Assembly: GCA_963727485.1 (NCBI GenBank)
Contig: CAVSGM010000002.1
Coordinates: 96,001 to 160,000 of the forward strand
Origin: an uncultured delta proteobacterium
GTDB lineage: Bacteria > Myxococcota > Myxococcia > SLRQ01
Direction: 5' to 3'
Length of the DNA stretch: 64,000 nucleotides
Translations under genes and position numbers: made by a program
Shown here: in pieces, positions 9,997-19,224 of the stretch
How the letters are laid out: every line of letters starts with the position of its first letter
Position numbering within the stretch: position 1 is the stretch's first letter
The notes under the pieces: model-generated
What the model was told of the DNA's origin: nothing
Databases searched by the model: none
Seen by the model: only the letters and a program-made list of their open reading frames with translations

Positions 9997-10827
9997 TCAC
10001 TCGTCGGCCTCGAGGAAGGCCTTGCCCAGGGCCTTGGCGCGCTCGGTGGCCGCCTCCACGGCGTTGATGAGGGTGGTGCGCAGGCCCCCGGCCTCGAGGG
10101 TGTGGAGGCCGGCGATGGCGGTGCCTCCGGGGCTGGTGACCTGGTCCTTGAGGCGCCCGGGGTGCTCGCCGGTCTCGATGAGGAGCTTCGCGGAGCCATA
10201 GACGGTCTGGGCCGCGAGCGCCATCGCCCGGGACCGGGAGAGCCCCATCTTCACCCCTCCGTCGGCCAGGGCCTCGATGACCATGAAGATGTACGCGGGC
10301 CCCGACCCCGAGAGCCCGGTGGCGGCGTCGATGAGGGACTCCTCGAGGACCACGGTGGTGCCCACGCTCTGGAGGATCGCCTCGGCGAGGGCCAGGTCCT
10401 CGGCGGTGGCGTGGGGGCCTGGGGCCAGGGCGCAGGCGCCGGCGCCCACCAGGCACGGGGTGTTGGGCATCACCCGGATCACCCGGGCCTCCCGGTGGAG
10501 GCGGCGCTCGAGGGCGGCGATGGGGACCCCGGCGGCGATGGAGATGGTGAGGCTCTCGGGGCCGAGGCTCGGGCCCACCTCGTCGAGGACCCGGGTGAGG
10601 ATCTGGGGCTTGACGCAGAGGATCACCACCTCCGCGCCCGCGGCGGCCTCGGCGTTGTCGGCGAAGGTGGCGACGCCGTGGCGCCCCTCGAGCTCGGCCC
10701 GGCGGTCGGCACGGGGGTGGCTGGCGCGGACCTGCCCGGGCGCCACGGCCCCGGCGGCGAGGAGGCCCTTGAGGATGGCCTCGCCCATGCTCCCCACCCC
10801 GATGAAGGCGATGCGCTTGTCGGTCAT
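9997..10827 (-). CDS. proC: Pyrroline-5-carboxylate reductase
   Basis: IAFIGVGSMG, CVKPQ, SIAAG, RVMPNTP, TGLSGSGPAY, VTSPGGT. Confidence 0.96.
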   Translation of the reverse strand: MTDKRIAFIGVGSMGEAILKGLLAAGAVAPGQVRASHPRADRRAELEGRHGVATFADNAEAAAGAEVVILCVKPQILTRVLDEVGPSLGPESLTISIAAGVPIAALERRLHREARVIRVMPNTPCLVGAGACALAPGPHATAEDLALAEAILQSVGTTVVLEESLIDAATGLSGSGPAYIFMVIEALADGGVKMGLSRSRAMALAAQTVYGSAKLLIETGEHPGRLKDQVTSPGGTAIAGLHTLEAGGLRTTLINAVEAATERAKALGKAFLEADE

Positions 10828-10941
10828 GGGGGCAGCATACACCGGATGCCGCGGTGCGTCGGACCCGGGGCCTCCCCAGTGGTATGCTCCCCGACCTGCT
10901 CCCGGCGGCCCGCCGTCCGGGACGGAGAAACGGGGGACACG

Positions 10942-11985
10942 ATGAGACCGCACCATGGCGCGATGCTCGCCCTGGGGATGCTCCTGGCCTTCGGGTCCGG
11001 GTGCTCCCTGACCATCCACGGCAAGGACACGGGCCGGCCCTGCGAGAGCGGCAAGTGCCCCTCGGGCCAGGCGTGCGACACCGCCACCGACACCTGCAAG
11101 GCGTCGAGCGGCTGCCAGCAGGACAGCGACTGCGGCGACCCGACCCTCAAGTGCGACACCGGCACCGGCAAGTGCATCGACGCGTGCCAGGGCGTGGCCT
11201 GCCCCACGGGGCAGCTCTGCCTCCGGGGCGGCTGCGGGGTCCCCGAGGCCCGCGACTGCACGAACGCGCCCTGCGTCCCCGGCCTCGACTGCGTGGCCCT
11301 GGGCTCGGCGAAGCTCTGCGGCCAGCCGTGCACCACCACCACCGACTGCTACAACCCCGGCGACATCTGCGACACCTCCACCGGGAACCCCACCAGCGGC
11401 TACTGCGTGTTCAACTGGTGCTCGCCGGACCCGGCATCCGCCGTGCAGCACGCCAACTACCTGGGCACCTGCAACGCCGCCGGCAGCGGCGACGGGATCT
11501 GCGTGGGGCCCGCGGTGAGGGTGCCACCCGACGGCAGCAACGGGCTCTGCGAGGCGAGCGGGACCGTCGCCGCCGGGGACACCTGCAAGGTCCACGCGTC
11601 CTACGGCGACCCGGGGCTCTGCGACAACGGCCGCTGCGTCCCCGAGCAGGCCGGCGACGCCCAGGGCACCTGCGAGACCTGGTGCGCCCTCCTCGACGGG
11701 AAGTCCTGCGCCTCGGTGGGCGGTGCCCGGCGGGCCTGTGCCTGGGCGGGCTTCGGGCTGGCCGGCAGCTGCGCGCCCCAGCAGGCCCAGCCGCTGCCCG
11801 TGGGCTCGTTGTGCAGCCAGAGCACCCTCACGCTCCCCTGCGTCAAGGACGCCGCCTGCCTCGACATCGGCGACGGCAAGGGCAAGATCTGCCACGCCCT
11901 CTGCGACCTGCGCACGGGCCTGCCCTGCCAGCAGACCTGCGTGAAGGTCCTCCAGAGCGAGCCGATCCTCGGCGTGTGCCCCTGA
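10942..11985 (+). CDS. Cys-rich putative lipoprotein
   Basis: Signal peptide ending FGSGC; dense Cys repeats throughout; GC3-biased codons. Confidence 0.7.
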   Translation: MRPHHGAMLALGMLLAFGSGCSLTIHGKDTGRPCESGKCPSGQACDTATDTCKASSGCQQDSDCGDPTLKCDTGTGKCIDACQGVACPTGQLCLRGGCGVPEARDCTNAPCVPGLDCVALGSAKLCGQPCTTTTDCYNPGDICDTSTGNPTSGYCVFNWCSPDPASAVQHANYLGTCNAAGSGDGICVGPAVRVPPDGSNGLCEASGTVAAGDTCKVHASYGDPGLCDNGRCVPEQAGDAQGTCETWCALLDGKSCASVGGARRACAWAGFGLAGSCAPQQAQPLPVGSLCSQSTLTLPCVKDAACLDIGDGKGKICHALCDLRTGLPCQQTCVKVLQSEPILGVCP

Positions 11986-12024
11986 GGCGCGCAGGGTCTT
12001 CGCGCCCCGCCGCCGGGGGGGCCA

Positions 12025-13197
12025 TCAGCCGATGATCATCGACTCGGCCCCGAGGCCCTGCCCCCCGTCCCGGAACCGCTCCACGGTGTACCGGTCGAAG
12101 TAGGGGTCCTTCTTCCCGGTGGCCAGCCACTCGGCGGCGAGCTCGGTCACCGCCGGGGCCATCATGAACCCGTGGCCCCCGAAGCCCACCAGCTGGATGA
12201 AGTCGTCGACCTCCGGGACCTCGCCGACGATGGGGTGGTGGTCGGGGGTGACGTCGTAGGCCCCGGCCCACTGGCGCACCACCCGCACCCCCGAGAGGAT
12301 GGGCACCAGCCCCGTGACCGCCTTCGCGAACCGGGTGGCGAAGCCAAAGGAGCTGTCGAAGGTGAGGCCCTCGGGCTCGTTGGGGTCGCCCATGCCCCCG
12401 ACAATCTCCCCGCGCATGGACTGGGAGAAGTAGAGACCCGCGCCGAGGAGGGACACCATCGGCCCGAGCCAGGGCTTGAGGGGCTCGGTGACCAGGATCT
12501 CGTGGCGGAAGGGGCGGTTGGGGAGCTCGACCCCGGCCATCCGGGCCAGCTCCGGGCTCCAGGCGGCGGTGGCGTTGACCACCAGCTCCGGGACCACGTC
12601 GCCGCGGTTGGTGACGACCTTGGTGATGCGCCGGCCGGTGACCTCGAGGCCCTCGACCCGGGTGAAGGGGCAGACGGCGACGCCGAGCTCCGCGGCCTTC
12701 TGGGCGTAGCCGTAGACGAAGGGCCAGGGGAAGACCACGCCGTCGTCGGGGTTGAAGGCGCCGCCGAGGAGCCCTTGGGGGTCGAGCTCGGGGACCACCT
12801 GCCGGGCCTCCTCCGGCGTGACCATCCGCGTCTTCACCCCCGAGGCGTTCTGGACCTTCACGTTGCGCTCGAGGCCTTCGAGGACCTCCTCGGTGCGGGC
12901 GAGGAAGAGGTAGCCGCCCTGGCGGAACCACACGTTGATGCCCATCTCCCGGGCGAAGCCCCGGCACAGCTCGACGCTGCGCTTCATGAGCTGGACGTTG
13001 TCCTCGCTGGCCCACTGGGCGCGCACCCCGCCGCCGTTGCGGCCGCTGGCGCCGTAGCACAGGTAGCTCTGCTCCAGGACCATCACGTCGGTGACGCCCC
13101 GGACGGCGAGGTTGTAGGCGAGGCCGAGGCCCATGATGCCCCCGCCGACGATGACCACCCGGGCGCGATCCCGGGGGAGCGGGCCGAGGCCGGTCAC
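12025..13197 (-). CDS. FAD-dependent amine oxidoreductase (sarcosine oxidase beta / dye-linked proline dehydrogenase beta family)
   Basis: VIVGGGIMG, GASGRNGGG, RQWAGAYDVTPD, GFGGHGFM. Confidence 0.85.
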   Translation of the reverse strand: MTGLGPLPRDRARVVIVGGGIMGLGLAYNLAVRGVTDVMVLEQSYLCYGASGRNGGGVRAQWASEDNVQLMKRSVELCRGFAREMGINVWFRQGGYLFLARTEEVLEGLERNVKVQNASGVKTRMVTPEEARQVVPELDPQGLLGGAFNPDDGVVFPWPFVYGYAQKAAELGVAVCPFTRVEGLEVTGRRITKVVTNRGDVVPELVVNATAAWSPELARMAGVELPNRPFRHEILVTEPLKPWLGPMVSLLGAGLYFSQSMRGEIVGGMGDPNEPEGLTFDSSFGFATRFAKAVTGLVPILSGVRVVRQWAGAYDVTPDHHPIVGEVPEVDDFIQLVGFGGHGFMMAPAVTELAAEWLATGKKDPYFDRYTVERFRDGGQGLGAESMIIG

Positions 13198-13484
13198 CGG
13201 TCGTCCTCTGGCTCGTCCGCGGCGGCGGCGAGGTGCCCGAGGGTCACCGGGAACACCGGCGGCCGGGGGGTGATGGGGGCCACCGCGTCGGCGTCGAGGC
13301 CCTGGGACTGGAGGTAGCGGGCGATGGCGGCAAGGCAGCTGCGGCCCTGGCAGATCCCGGTGCCGAAGCCGGTGTAGCGCTTGACCGACTCCACGTCCCG
13401 GTAGCCCTTCTCCAGGGCGGTCTCGAGGTCGCGGAGGGTCACGTCCTCGCAGCTGCAGACCACGGTGCGGCGGCTACGCGGCAT
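13194..13484 (-). CDS. BFD-like [2Fe-2S] small subunit
   Basis: VCSCEDVT...KRYTGFGTGICQGRSC...RPP; overlaps both neighbours. Confidence 0.85.
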   Translation of the reverse strand: MPRSRRTVVCSCEDVTLRDLETALEKGYRDVESVKRYTGFGTGICQGRSCLAAIARYLQSQGLDADAVAPITPRPPVFPVTLGHLAAAADEPEDDR

Positions 13485-14793
13485 CGGCGGCTCCCTCGGC
13501 GGCGGCGGCGCCGGCGGCCTTCCCCGAGGCCACGCTGGCCTCGGGATCGAGGTGGCCCGCGGCGACCCCGCAGGCGAGGACGTCGTCCCGGCTGGTGCGG
13601 CCGGTGGCGTCGGTGACCACGGCGAAGCCCCCGGCGTCCGGGCGCCAGGCGACCTTCGCCCCGGCGGCGGCGGCGAGCTCGAAGGCCGGCGCCGGGGGGA
13701 GGCCCAGGACCACCAGGTCGCAGGCGAGCTTCTCCCGGGCGCCGTCGGCCTCGACGACCACCCCGGTGGCCTCCCGGGACCCGGTGACCTGGACCAGGCG
13801 CGGGCCCCCGTCCGGGGCCGCCGGGCCCCAGGCCGCCGCGGCGGGGAGGTGCCGGACCACCCGCGCCCCGGCCCCGGCGAGGGAGGCGGCGAAGGGGTCG
13901 GCGGCGGGGCCGTCGGCGCAGAGGACCACCCGCTCCCCGGCGAGGAGCCCGTGGCGGTGGAGGAGGGTGGCGGCCCAGGCGAGGTCGATCACCCCCGGGA
14001 GGTCGCCGTTCTCGACCAGGCCGAAGGTCGGGTAGCCGCCGGTGGCGACCACCAGGCGCCGGGGCCAGACCCGGAGGAGCCCCTCGGCGGTGTCGACCCC
14101 CACCAGGAGCCGGCCGGACGCCCGGTCCGCCTGCACCGCCAGGGCCGAGGTGAGGACCTCGACGCCCGTCACCGGCGAGAGCCGGACCTCCGGGTGGAGG
14201 CCGGTGAGGGCGCGGCCTCCGAGGGTGGCGGCGCCCTCGACCAGGAGCACCTCGCGGCCCTCGGCCTCGGCGGCGCGGGCGGCGGCGGTGCCCGCGAGGC
14301 CCCCGCCCACCACCAGGACCTCGACCTCCCGATCCTGGACGGTGGCGGCCTCGGCCCGGGTGTCGGGGAGGCGGCCGAGGCCGGAGAGCTTGCGCACCAC
14401 CTTCTGGACCACCGGCTGCACCAGGGGGACCCCGGTGAACATCTCGTGGTGGTCGAGGCCCCGGGGGAAGAGCCAGTCGGTGGCCCCGAGGAGGTCGTGC
14501 TCGGCGCCCCCGAGGACGTTCTGGCGCTCGGCGGTGAGGCCGTCGTGGCAGGGGGTCCGGCAGGCGGCGACGTTGGGCACCCCGTCCACCCGCATCAGGC
14601 AGTGGGCGCAGTGCCCGCCGCCGCAGGGGGCGCCCCGGGGCCGGTGGTACTTCACCGAGCGCCCGAAGACCGAGTAGCCCGCGGCGAGGAGGGCCGCGGC
14701 GAGGGGCTCGCCCTCGAACGCCGGCACCGCCGTCCCGTCGAGGTGGACGGTGATCCGCGGGCGATCGGGTGAGCGGCTGCGGCGTGCGGTCAC
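13474..14793 (-). CDS. 2Fe-2S plus FAD/NAD(P)-binding subunit (sarcosine oxidase alpha / proline dehydrogenase alpha-like)
   Basis: EGEPLAAALLA, RSVKYHRPRG, CGGGHCAHC...AC, VVGGGLAG, ATGG; GTG start inferred. Confidence 0.82.
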   Translation of the reverse strand: MTARRSRSPDRPRITVHLDGTAVPAFEGEPLAAALLAAGYSVFGRSVKYHRPRGAPCGGGHCAHCLMRVDGVPNVAACRTPCHDGLTAERQNVLGGAEHDLLGATDWLFPRGLDHHEMFTGVPLVQPVVQKVVRKLSGLGRLPDTRAEAATVQDREVEVLVVGGGLAGTAAARAAEAEGREVLLVEGAATLGGRALTGLHPEVRLSPVTGVEVLTSALAVQADRASGRLLVGVDTAEGLLRVWPRRLVVATGGYPTFGLVENGDLPGVIDLAWAATLLHRHGLLAGERVVLCADGPAADPFAASLAGAGARVVRHLPAAAAWGPAAPDGGPRLVQVTGSREATGVVVEADGAREKLACDLVVLGLPPAPAFELAAAAGAKVAWRPDAGGFAVVTDATGRTSRDDVLACGVAAGHLDPEASVASGKAAGAAAAEGAADAA

Positions 14794-14858
14794 GGTGCCT
14801 CGTCTCCGGGGTGGGAACCTAGCCCACTCGGGCCGGGCATTCAAACCAGCACGGGTGG

Positions 14859-14888
14859 TTCACACCGGGGGGTGGCCGATGCTAGGTT
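14859..14888 (+). promoter_or_regulatory. Sigma70-like promoter TTCACA-N18-TAGGTT (extended TG) for the response-regulator pair
   Basis: Motif in the divergent intergenic region, about 27 nt before ATG 14916. Confidence 0.4.
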
Positions 14889-14915
14889 CCGGCGGTCGTA
14901 GCAGGGGGCATGGGC

Positions 14916-15734
14916 ATGCGGATCCTGATCGTCGACGACGATCCATCCAACGTGGCGCTCCTCGCGGAGATCTGCGAGGCCGCCGGTCATGAGGTCAGCC
15001 GGGCCCGGGACGGCCAGGCGGCGCTGGCCCAGGTGCCCGTCGTGCACCCCGAGGCGGTGCTCCTCGACGCCATGATGCCGAACCTCGACGGCTTCGAGGT
15101 CTGCGCCCGGCTCAAGGGCGACCCGGCCCACCGGGAGATCCCGGTGCTCATGGTCACCGCCCTCGACGACGTCCCCGGGCGGCTCAGGGCCCTCGAGGCC
15201 GGGGCCGACGACTACGTCACCAAGCCCTTCCGGGCCCGGGACGTCCTCGCGCGCCTCGACCGGGCGGCCGCCTTCCGGGCGGCGCGGGCCCGCCTCGCCG
15301 CCGACGCCGACGATCCGGCGATCCCGCCTGCGGTGGGCGACTACGCGGACCTGAAGCGGGACCTCACCCTCGAGGTCGCCCGGGCCGGACGCTATGGCCG
15401 CCCGCTGGCCTGCGTCGCCGCGGTGCCGCTGGGGGCCACGCCCCCGGGCCAGACCCCGGCGAGGTGGCTGGGCGAGTGCGCCGAGCAGGTGCGCCACGCC
15501 CTCCGGGACGCCGACCGGGTCTACCTCCTCGGCCGCGAGGAGATCATCGTCCTCCTCCCGGAGACCCCCCGGGAGGGCGTCGCCGCGGCGGTCGACCGGG
15601 TCCGACGCGGCCTGGGGCCCGTCGCCGCGGCCTTCGGGGTCGGGGGCACCGCCTGGGCGGACGGCCGGGGCGTGGGCCTCCTCGCCGCGGCCCGGGAGCT
15701 GGCCCTCGCCGGGAGCCCGGAGCAGGTGGCATGA
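14916..15734 (+). CDS. Response regulator with degenerate GGDEF domain
   Basis: ILIVDD, LLDAMMP, KPF; C-terminal ARAGRYGRPL...RDADRVYLLGREEIIVLLPET. Confidence 0.8.
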   Translation: MRILIVDDDPSNVALLAEICEAAGHEVSRARDGQAALAQVPVVHPEAVLLDAMMPNLDGFEVCARLKGDPAHREIPVLMVTALDDVPGRLRALEAGADDYVTKPFRARDVLARLDRAAAFRAARARLAADADDPAIPPAVGDYADLKRDLTLEVARAGRYGRPLACVAAVPLGATPPGQTPARWLGECAEQVRHALRDADRVYLLGREEIIVLLPETPREGVAAAVDRVRRGLGPVAAAFGVGGTAWADGRGVGLLAAARELALAGSPEQVA

Positions 15735-16513
15735 GCACCGACCTCGAGCAGCTCGCCGAGGAGATTGGCATCCTCTTCGACGACACCCGCGAGGTGCTGG
15801 TCGTCGACGACGACCCTGACCTCCTCCACATGCTCGCGGCGTTCCTGGAGCGCCGGGGGATGACGGTCGCGGGCTTCGAGCACCCCCAGGCGGCCCTCGA
15901 CGCCCTCGTCGACCTCGACCCGGGGGTGGCGCTCCTCGACCTCCACCTCCCGGAGATGGACGGGCTGGCGCTGGCCGCCGAGCTCAAGCGCCTGCGCCCC
16001 GACACGGTCCCGGTGATGATGACCGGGGACACCCGCACCGGGACCCTGATCTCCGCCATGCGCGCGGGGATCCACGACTACCTGGTCAAGCCCCTCGACT
16101 CCATGCCGCTGGTCGCCGAGCGGGTGGCCCACGCCCTCGAGCTCCACAACGAGCGCCGGCGGGCCCAGCAGCTCGCCGGCTTCCTCCACGAGGCCAACAC
16201 CAGCCTCCGGGGCGCCCAGACCGAGATCGAGCAGGCCCGCACCGAGATCGAGATGTTCAACCGCATCCTCGAGGAGAAGGTCGAGACCGAGACCCGGCGC
16301 CGGGTGGCGGCGAAGGACCAGGTCGAGGCCTTCAAGAGCGCGGTGACGGTGCTCCGGGGCGAGCTGGTCGACCTCGCCGGGGCCATCGCCGCCCTCTCGG
16401 AGCGGATGCACGGCGAGGGGCAGACCCCGCGCCTCGACACCGAGCTCATGGGCCTGCTGGTCGACGCCCGCCGGGTGGTGCGGCGCATCGAGGCCCTGGG
16501 CGAGACCGGCTGA
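15731..16513 (+). CDS. Response regulator with C-terminal coiled coil
   Basis: VLVVDDD, LLDLHLPEMDG, MMTG, YLVKP; ATGA overlap with the upstream gene. Confidence 0.82.
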   Translation: MSTDLEQLAEEIGILFDDTREVLVVDDDPDLLHMLAAFLERRGMTVAGFEHPQAALDALVDLDPGVALLDLHLPEMDGLALAAELKRLRPDTVPVMMTGDTRTGTLISAMRAGIHDYLVKPLDSMPLVAERVAHALELHNERRRAQQLAGFLHEANTSLRGAQTEIEQARTEIEMFNRILEEKVETETRRRVAAKDQVEAFKSAVTVLRGELVDLAGAIAALSERMHGEGQTPRLDTELMGLLVDARRVVRRIEALGETG

Positions 16514-16517
16514 CGCC

Positions 16518-17099
16518 CTACGCCGCCCGGGCCCGGAGCAGGTACTCGCCCGGGCGCAGGGCGTCGGCCACGGGCTCGAGGCGGACCTGGCCGAAGGCCG
16601 GCTCGAAGAGCCCCCGGGCGCGGGCCTCGGGGAGGTCGAAGGGCGGGCCGCCGTCGTTGCCGTGGTTCCAGAGCAGGGCCAGGATCTCGCCCCCGGGCTT
16701 CAGCGCCCGGGCCATGGCCGCCGGGTAGTCGGCGTGCCGGTCCTTCGGCAGGGCGCACAGGCAGGTCTGCTCCCAGACCAGGTCGAAGGCCCCGTGGAGG
16801 TCCCCGGGGAGGTCGAGGACGTCGCCCTCCCGGACCTCGAGGTCGACGCCGGCCTCGGCGGCCCGCTCCCGGAGGAGCGACACGGCCAGCGGCGCCAGGT
16901 CCACGGCGGTGACCCGGTGGCCGCGCTCGGCCCAGGCCAGGGCGTCGTTCCCCCGGCCGGCGCCGGGGACCAGGACCCGCCGCCCGGGGGTCGCGGCGTC
17001 GGCGAGGCGCTCGAGGATGGGCGGCGCCCGGCCCAGGTCCCAGGGGGTGCGCCCCTCGGCGTAGTGGGCGTTCCAGCGGTCGCGCGGGTCGTCGGCCAT
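16518..17099 (-). CDS. TPMT / thiol methyltransferase-like SAM-dependent methyltransferase
   Basis: WNAHY..TPWDLG, VLVPGAGRGND, EQTCLCAL, GPPF. Confidence 0.82.
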   Translation of the reverse strand: MADDPRDRWNAHYAEGRTPWDLGRAPPILERLADAATPGRRVLVPGAGRGNDALAWAERGHRVTAVDLAPLAVSLLRERAAEAGVDLEVREGDVLDLPGDLHGAFDLVWEQTCLCALPKDRHADYPAAMARALKPGGEILALLWNHGNDGGPPFDLPEARARGLFEPAFGQVRLEPVADALRPGEYLLRARAA

Positions 17100-17359
17100 C
17101 AGCCCACGCCCACCGAGCGGACGATGAGCTGCTGGAGGACCCAGATGATGCCGATGGCCAGCATCGGCGAGAGGTCCAGGCCCCCAAAGGTGAGGAAGCG
17201 CGAGAGCGGCGCCATGATGGGGTCGGTCAGCGTGGCGAGGAGCTTCATCAGCGGGTTCTCCGGGTCGTGGATGAACCACGAGAGGAGCGCCCGGGCGATG
17301 ATCACGTACATCACCACGTTGAGGAACTGGATGAGCAGGCTGGCGAGCTGTGGGGACAA
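17099..17359 (-). CDS. yggT: YggT family membrane protein
   Basis: RALLSW...NP...LTDPIMAPL...GGLDLSP; TTG start after AGGGAGAGG. Confidence 0.88.
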   Translation of the reverse strand: MSPQLASLLIQFLNVVMYVIIARALLSWFIHDPENPLMKLLATLTDPIMAPLSRFLTFGGLDLSPMLAIGIIWVLQQLIVRSVGVG

Positions 17360-17433
17360 GGCCTCTCCCTTCGAATCCGGGGCGGTGTACCACACATAAT
17401 CCCCGGCGGGCCCCGCTTCATCCGGCGCCCGGA

Positions 17434-19224
17434 TCAGCCCCGGATTTCCAGGGGATCCGGCGGCCGCACCACCTCGCCCGAGCGCACGTCGAGGATCCCC
17501 TCCGGGGTGATCCGCCACCCGGGCAGGAAGTCGCAGGAGATGAAGAGCAGGGCGTAGAGGAGGTCGGCGAAGGGGAAGCCGGCGGCCTGAAGGCGGGCGT
17601 CGAGGCGGGCCTGGGCGGCGACGACCTCGGTGAAGGGCGCGGTGGACATCATCCCGGTGAGGGGCAGGGGGACCTCCAGGTCCGCGCCGGTCTCGCCGGC
17701 ACCCCCGTCCCCGGCGACGACGATGCCCCCGCCCAGGTCGACGACGCGGCCGGCGGCCCGGGCCATGGCCAAGGCGTCGCGGCCGAGGACCAGCAGGTGT
17801 GTCGTGGTGTTGTAGGTGCTCGCCATCCCCGCGAGCGCCGGGGCGAACCCCCGGAGGAAGCAGCGCACCGCCCACCGGCCGCCCCGGTCGAGGAGGACCG
17901 CGAGGAGGAGGCCCTCGGGGACGGTGCCGCCGGGGCCAAACGGCGCCTCGCCCCCGGCCCGGGTGATGACGTTGGCGACCATCTCCGCCACCGGGAGGCG
18001 CTCGCCCGCCGCGTAGGGCCGAAACCGCGCCGGGTCCGAGAGGGCGGCGCCGCCCTCGAAGCGCGGGGCCATGGCGAAGTCCGCCCAGGGCACCTCGGGC
18101 ATCGCCACCGTGAGCGCCCCGTCCCGGGCGACCTCGCGGCCCCCGACCCACACCCGCTCGGCGCGGAACGACTCGAGGTCCGGGAGGAGCACCAGGTCGG
18201 CGAGGCGCCCGGGGGCGATGCCGCCGATGTGGTCGTCGACCCGATAGAAGGTCGCCGGGTTCACCGTGGCCATCTGGATCGCGGTCACCGCCGGGATCCC
18301 CCGGGCCACCGCCTGGCGCAGGGCCTCGTCGATGAAGCCCCCCTCGGCGATGAACCCGGGCGAGGGGCCGTCGACGGTGAGCATCAGGCGCCTCGTGTCG
18401 ACCCGGGCCTCGGTGACCGCCCGGGCGAGATCCGGGAGGTCCGGGCGCAGGGAGCTGTGGCGCATGACGGTCCACAGGCCGAGGCGCAGGCGGTCGAGGA
18501 CCTGGGCCTCGGTGATGGCCTCGTGGCAGGCCTGGATCCCCGCGGCGGCGACGGCGTTGAGCTTCTCGTAGGAGGCGCCGGCGGTGTGGCCGTCGGCCCG
18601 GCGCCCGGCGGCGCGGACCGCGGCGAGGGCCTCGAGGAGGCGGGGGTCGCCGTCGTAGGCGAGCGGCCAGCGGGTGACCTCGGCGGTCCCGGCGACGTCG
18701 TCGCGCGCGAGGAGCGGGAGGATCTTCTCCAGGGCGTAGGCCTGAAGCTCGCCGTCCCACTCGGCCTGGGACACCAGGCGCAGGAGCCACCGGTAGCGGA
18801 TGGGCAATCCGCGCAGGGCCTCGAGCATCCGGGTGAAGCCGGCGGCCCCGCCGAGGTGGAAGAAGAAGAGGTTGTCGCAGAAGACCGTGGTGGCGCCCCG
18901 GGGGAGCACGCCCTCGGCCATGCTCACCGGGTTGTAGAGCACCCAGGGGTGGGCGTGGGGCTCGATGAACCCCGGCGAGAGATAGCGCCCGGTGGCGTCG
19001 ACGACCTCGGTCTTCGGCCCCGGTGGCCCGGCGGCGCGGCCCACGTAGGCGATGCGGCCGCCGGCGACGGCGACGTCGGCCGGGAGCAGCTCGCCGGAGT
19101 AGACGTTGACCACCGTGGCCCCGCGCAGGAGCAGGTCCGCCGGCGTCTCGCCCCGGGCGACGGCGGTGAGCCGCTGCCGCTCGGCGACGACGTCCGGGCC
19201 CTCGGGAAAGAGCGCCGCGCTCAC
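17434..19224 (-). CDS. Adenine deaminase family amidohydrolase (YerA-like)
   Basis: ADLLLRGATVVNVYSGE, PGFIEPHAHP, DGH, CHE, MATVNPA, GGIAPGRLAD, LPLTGMMS. Confidence 0.82.
   Translation of the reverse strand: MSAALFPEGPDVVAERQRLTAVARGETPADLLLRGATVVNVYSGELLPADVAVAGGRIAYVGRAAGPPGPKTEVVDATGRYLSPGFIEPHAHPWVLYNPVSMAEGVLPRGATTVFCDNLFFFHLGGAAGFTRMLEALRGLPIRYRWLLRLVSQAEWDGELQAYALEKILPLLARDDVAGTAEVTRWPLAYDGDPRLLEALAAVRAAGRRADGHTAGASYEKLNAVAAAGIQACHEAITEAQVLDRLRLGLWTVMRHSSLRPDLPDLARAVTEARVDTRRLMLTVDGPSPGFIAEGGFIDEALRQAVARGIPAVTAIQMATVNPATFYRVDDHIGGIAPGRLADLVLLPDLESFRAERVWVGGREVARDGALTVAMPEVPWADFAMAPRFEGGAALSDPARFRPYAAGERLPVAEMVANVITRAGGEAPFGPGGTVPEGLLLAVLLDRGGRWAVRCFLRGFAPALAGMASTYNTTTHLLVLGRDALAMARAAGRVVDLGGGIVVAGDGGAGETGADLEVPLPLTGMMSTAPFTEVVAAQARLDARLQAAGFPFADLLYALLFISCDFLPGWRITPEGILDVRSGEVVRPPDPLEIRG

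Noticed and set aside
17368..17384. TTCGAATCC resembling a tRNA T-loop
   Set aside because: No cloverleaf or acceptor stem; it lies in the yggT upstream/RBS region.
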